This document shows, in pieces, positions 21,664 through 26,042 of a DNA stretch of 26,042 nucleotides (position 1 is the first letter of the stretch; every line of letters starts with the position of its first letter). The DNA is taken from contig JAKMXF010000310.1 of NCBI GenBank assembly GCA_024704765.1, positions 1,211,128 through 1,237,169 on the forward strand. The letters are read 5' to 3'. A program made the translations under genes and the position numbers. The stretch comes from Oopsacas minuta. Its lineage: Eukaryota; Animalia; Porifera. The notes beneath the pieces are model-generated. The model was not told the origin of the DNA. It worked only from the letters and a program-made list of their open reading frames with translations, and searched no databases.

Positions 21664-22586
21664 ATGGATTTTCAGCCAATACTTGAGCCCACTGTCTTCA
21701 GTGAAATCTCGCAGGATTTGATTATTGATGAGATTATTATTCTTGCATAATCTTGTGATAATGTCATAAACTGGTTAAGAACGTATGGCTTATTAGCTCG
21801 TCGAATGCGGTGTCGTTGTGGAGTAGAAATGTATGAAACACATTCTTCTCACTTTCAGGATGGCTATGAATGGAGATCTAGACCATGTAGACGAAAGTGT
21901 TCGATCTGCCATGGGTCTTTCTTCACAGCATCCAAAATTCTACGCCCAATGATGTTCAAGTTCCTGTACTATTGGAGTGAGGACTTGCAATCGCACGCAT
22001 TTTGGAGAAGCATTTGGGATGGAGTCCGAACACAGTGGTTGATTGGAAGAATTATATGAGGGATATATGTTTGGAAGAAATATTAATGAACCCTCAACCC
22101 ATTGGAGGTTCTGGCAAGATCGTTGAGATAGACGAATCAAAATTCGGCAAACGAAAATACAATAGAGGCAGACTGTTAACTGGCCAGTGGGTATTCGGGA
22201 TGGTTGAGAGGGATACAGATGATATAATTATGGTTACTGTACCTGATCGCTCAACAGCCACTCTTCTGCCAATTATCCAAAGGTTCATTCATCCACAAAC
22301 AATGATTTATTCTGATGAATGGCATCCTACAATATATTAAGTCACTCTGGATAGACCCATTACACAGTTAACCATTCCGAGAATTTCGTAGACCCAGTGA
22401 CTCACGTACACACCCAGATGATAGAAGGGAGTTGGGGAGATGCAAAAAAGAGGCAGACAAGAAGACAGACAACAAATCCTGAATTACTTGAGACTCATCT
22501 CATAGAGGCTTGTTGGGGGAGAAGACAAGAAAAATATTTTTGGATTTATTCTAAGAGGAATTAGAGATTTATTTCCAGTAATATAA
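21664..22586 (+). pseudogene. Merlin / ISXO2-like transposase pseudogene
   Basis: WLRTYGLL..MRCRCG..DGYEW..CRRKCSI..GSFF (Zn-ribbon-like), TVVDWKNYMRDIC, IGGSGKIVEIDESKFGKRKYNRGR..QWVFGMVER, VPDRSTATLLPII..IYSDEW, HYTVNHS.NFVDP.T.VHTQMIEGSW, ..RDLFPVI*; stops and frameshifts. Confidence 0.93.
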
Positions 22587-23542
22587 ATCAGTATCTGTAA
22601 ACTTCATCAGAATAAATATTTTCTTAGAATTTTGGTAATATATGCATGAATATAGTCATAGTGTACTAGGTATCACTTATTATCCGAATTGTAACCGCTA
22701 CAGTACACCGAGTCACTCAATAATCTGAACGCTTTCACAAGGGTTAATTCACTATTTATTAAGTTGTTTTTTATGTAGCAACATATATTGCTAAGAATAT
22801 AGACCCAATTTATTAGTCTTATACTAGAACCTAGATAAATGTAGATGTTGCGTAAATATAGATATGTTGCATATCTAAGGGTTAATTTTGAAAGAGTGCG
22901 TGCTCAAATATGAATTCACTGCAATATTTAGCACAAATTACAAACTAAAATCTCAGCTCCAATTTGATCGCATCTTACCCTCAACATTTTGTTATCTCAC
23001 CTAAATGTGTCGCATACAACAAAATTGCATCGTGTATAGTTCGTTCAATCAGAGTTACAGAGTTATGTAACGGTAAACTCATCGGGACCAGTTGTAGCAT
23101 ACGTAACTGGTCCGGGTGGACCAGTCGCTACCCCAGGACCAGTTTAAGCCTGACAGTTAGCCCGTGTTGTTCTCATTTTTAAACCTTACAATCCCAGAAT
23201 TTCGCTAGAAAACGTTTGATCGCCAAGATATTTGCCTGAAATGCATAATATTTTAGCCTGTTTCACCGGATTTTGAGTTGTACCCTAGAATTTTGACAGC
23301 ATCTCCATCATATTTCGCAAGAAAATTAGAGGGAACAGCGTGCTTAAGATATACGTACTTCCCTTGGCTATAGTGATTAGTCATAGACGTAGTATAGTAT
23401 CAGGAGTGTGCTGGGGGCCCATACGGAATGCCCAGGCCTATTACTAGGTTTAGGAGCGTCCTCCCACTTCATTTTTCGGAAAATACTACTGGACTAGGAT
23501 TTGTTATAATGCAAACAGTAAACCATAAGATTTACTCCTGAA

Positions 23543-23828
23543 AACATAAAATATAAACTCATAGAAATGCTGAAAGTATGAGAGTAGTATGCATAAGCAA
23601 AGTGAATACAAACAACACATAGCGTATAAATTGGCTTCATTCAGTTATTGCAATATATCCCCATAGACTTTGGCTTATATAGTAAAATGATTACAACTTT
23701 GTCAAATTTAGTCCGATTTTAGTGTTCTAAAGTTCTTTGAGCATTATTCCACGAGCTCTATGACTTCAAAATAACCCCTAGTGTCGATTAAAAGGGAATC
23801 ACCTTCCGATACAATACTATAGTGTACC
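23543..23828 (-). repeat. Right long TIR of the Merlin element
   Basis: Reverse complement matches 18966-19006 joined to 21059-21302 across a single TA. Confidence 0.9.
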
Positions 23829-24850
23829 AATTCAAGTGGCATTTGATATTGATACGCAAACAAAAACTATTATGAAATTTGGTCCATTCAAAATTATCTG
23901 TGCTCTGGGATAAACCCTTAGATACGGTTAGGTCACTATTAGAATATATTACGTCTATAAATAGTCAATTATTCAATCCTTGGGAACACATTGAGTACTT
24001 AAGTATTTTGGATTGCGAAGTATATTGCAACCAAATTGATCTCATGCATATCATAAGGTACTATTGGTCAATATTGGAATATCATTTGACAACACATTTG
24101 TCAATTATTTTATCCTTGGAACATACTTCGATATGTTTGAGACAGTTCCAGACAAATTCGGTTGTAAGCAAAGAAATTTTGGAAATAATTTGAATATATA
24201 CTTAACCGTGATCTACGTTATAATAGGCCTGTTCACTAGTGCGATGGTCTGGATCATGGATGTCGTTTAACTCCATTAAATTTTATTTCAAGTAATCATG
24301 TATTTGATGGTATTCACCCGAATCGTGGACTTAAAAATTGTTCTTAAGAGATTTTAAAGACCATGGATGTCGTTGAAAGCTTGTAAAAAGTATTTCTTAG
24401 AAACCGATAATATTTATATTAATTTATGAATCAACCCTTTTGTTACATTCAATTTATCGAATCAATACATTTACATACTCAGCACCCGTTGTACCTTGTC
24501 CTCTTGTACTTTTATCCTAAGTTGTTTAATACGTCTTGGAACCAAATTGTCAAACTAAATCAATGGATAATTGGGAATTGTATTTTAACTATATCAAAAT
24601 AATCAAAACTATCCTAAAATATATTTTAAAATATAAAATTTTCTACAGTCGATCTAATTTAAGGTATATATACCTATAATACTTTATATACCTTAATATA
24701 ACGTATAATACTTATTATACGTAATTGGCGAATTAAACAACTTAGCTTTTAACTTTGTAATGCCGCTTCTCCACCCTGCCCTATCAGTTATGTACATTTC
24801 TTTAATTTACCTCTCGATTTCTCCTTTTTTATATTTTCAATTAGCTTGTC

Positions 24851-26042
24851 ATGCCCAACAGGTGTTCTGCCCCCGATGTCGGAGTAATTACACATGAAAA
24901 CCTTATACTCCAGTATTTAAGTTGCCAGATGGTCCACCTGATCTTGTCAATCGTTGGCTTCGAGCGCTCTGTAGAGAAGGTATCAGAGACTTAAAGAATG
25001 TGTTTGTGTGTTCAAAACATTTCCTCGACAAAGAAATTCAGACCAGTTTTCAATCCATCAACCAGATGCAACATACTTAGAAGTACCAGCTAAGCCTAAA
25101 TTGCAGAAGGATGAAGTGCCAAGATTTCTACCTAGATGTCCACTTTATCTCTCTTCGTCATCTGACACCATACCTCCGAGATTTGATAGATCTTTGAGAG
25201 AACAGCCTTTGATTAATACTGCAATAAATGAGAGTCTATTACAGTGTAACCAAGACAAAGAACTTTTTCAGAATACCACACTGGAAGACTTGGTATCAAA
25301 AACGAAGCACTCGGGTTTGCCTAATCATTGGTTAGTTTGGTATTCTGATGATAATTCCTTTAATTGACTCAAACTTTCTATAACGAATAACAGTTTGATT
25401 GCAATTCGATGCTCGTTAACTATTACCGAAACATTACATACTATTGGTTTCTACAAATGTATACGCATTCCTCTTTCTCTCACTCAGATAGATGGTATTC
25501 GTCAACTTAACGATTTGCTTAACGAAATTGAAAACCATTCTGCCCCTACTAATTCTCCTGAAACAGTCCAACACCATGTCAGAGAAGCAACCGAAAGCAT
25601 TCGTAAAGCTATTGACTCCTTTCAACTGGAGAAGAATATGGAAACCAACGGCCTGTATTATCAAGTCTTCAGTTTATTCTATGCCAATTGGATAACGCTT
25701 TGATCGCAAAAACTATGAGGCGATACAACGTCGAAACTCTTATCTTGTTTCTCAAATGCCAGCTTATCTCGCCAGTTTGTTATAGTATGTTCAGTCCCGG
25801 GACTGTCTATCATTGCCGCACCTTTCTACTCTAAAGCGCTTATATTCCAATTTTGGTTTGGATTCTGAGTTTACCAACTATCTCAAACAATCAGTCACTC
25901 AGTTTAACAAATGGGAATGAAATGTAGTGATTAAGATGGATGAAATTCATGTAAATCCACATTTACATACAAAGGAAGTAAGATAACACAGGTCAACAAA
26001 ATTTAACTTCATTCTCTCATCAAGTATTAGATTGACATTTTC
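24851..26042 (+). pseudogene. THAP-domain / P-element-type (THAP9-like) transposase pseudogene, truncated by the window edge
   Basis: MPNRCSAP.CRSNY..PVFKLP..NRWLRALCRE..VFVCSKHF..PKLQKDEVP (THAP C2CH and AVP-like box), later RRYNVETLILFL..SPVCY..SLPH.STLKRL..NVVIKMDEIHV..YKG (P-transposase N-terminal core); frameshifts and stops. Confidence 0.85.

Larger units (their letters stand above)
18966..23828 (+). mobile_element. Merlin (IS1595/ISXO2-like) transposon with ~285-bp TIRs, left TIR split by a pogo insertion
   Basis: 8-bp TSD AATTCAAG (18958-65, 23829-36). Termini AGTACAACTATAG / CTATAGTGTACC. Left TIR 18966-19006 plus 21059-~21302 is the near-identical inverse of ~23543-23828. About 2.8 kb without the pogo. 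Confidence 0.92.

Noticed and set aside
5354-22586. CpG-deamination (methylation) signature in transposase stop codons
   Set aside because: A few stops fit CGA>TGA, CAA>TAA or TGG>TGA, but the ancestral codons cannot be established without family consensus sequences.
22739-22885. piggyBac-like ends (AAGGG|TTAA at 22739-22747 and 22877-22885)
   Set aside because: No matching TTAA|CCCT left end and no piggyBac transposase remnant.

Overview
AT-rich eukaryotic (most likely animal) genomic DNA; the organism cannot be identified from the sequence. The window is mostly a dense, partly nested cluster of decayed DNA transposons around one near-intact host gene. That gene is a cyclic nucleotide-gated (CNG) channel-like coding exon (13414-15090, +) with one +1 frame break in a T6 run and an atypical cyclic-nucleotide binding cassette. 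Elements whose ends and target-site duplications (TSDs) can be read directly: a maT/DD37D-like Tc1/mariner (5214-6462), a DD34D mariner (6660-7948), a DD41D element (16086-17443), a pogo/Tigger DD30D (19007-21056), a two-gene PIF/Harbinger (9151-11920), a hAT deletion derivative (9148-12894), a Merlin/ISXO2 element with ~285-bp terminal inverted repeats (TIRs; 18966-23828) and several TA-flanked MITEs. Partial elements: a THAP/P-element transposase pseudogene running off the right edge, a second Harbinger end, a Helitron-like coding relic and a multi-copy palindrome-tailed repeat family. Twice, one transposon sits inside the TIR of another: Harbinger after base 3 of the hAT TIR, and pogo about 41 bp into the Merlin TIR. 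No rRNA, tRNA or CRISPR array was found. All protein assignments are motif recognition by eye, not database searches.
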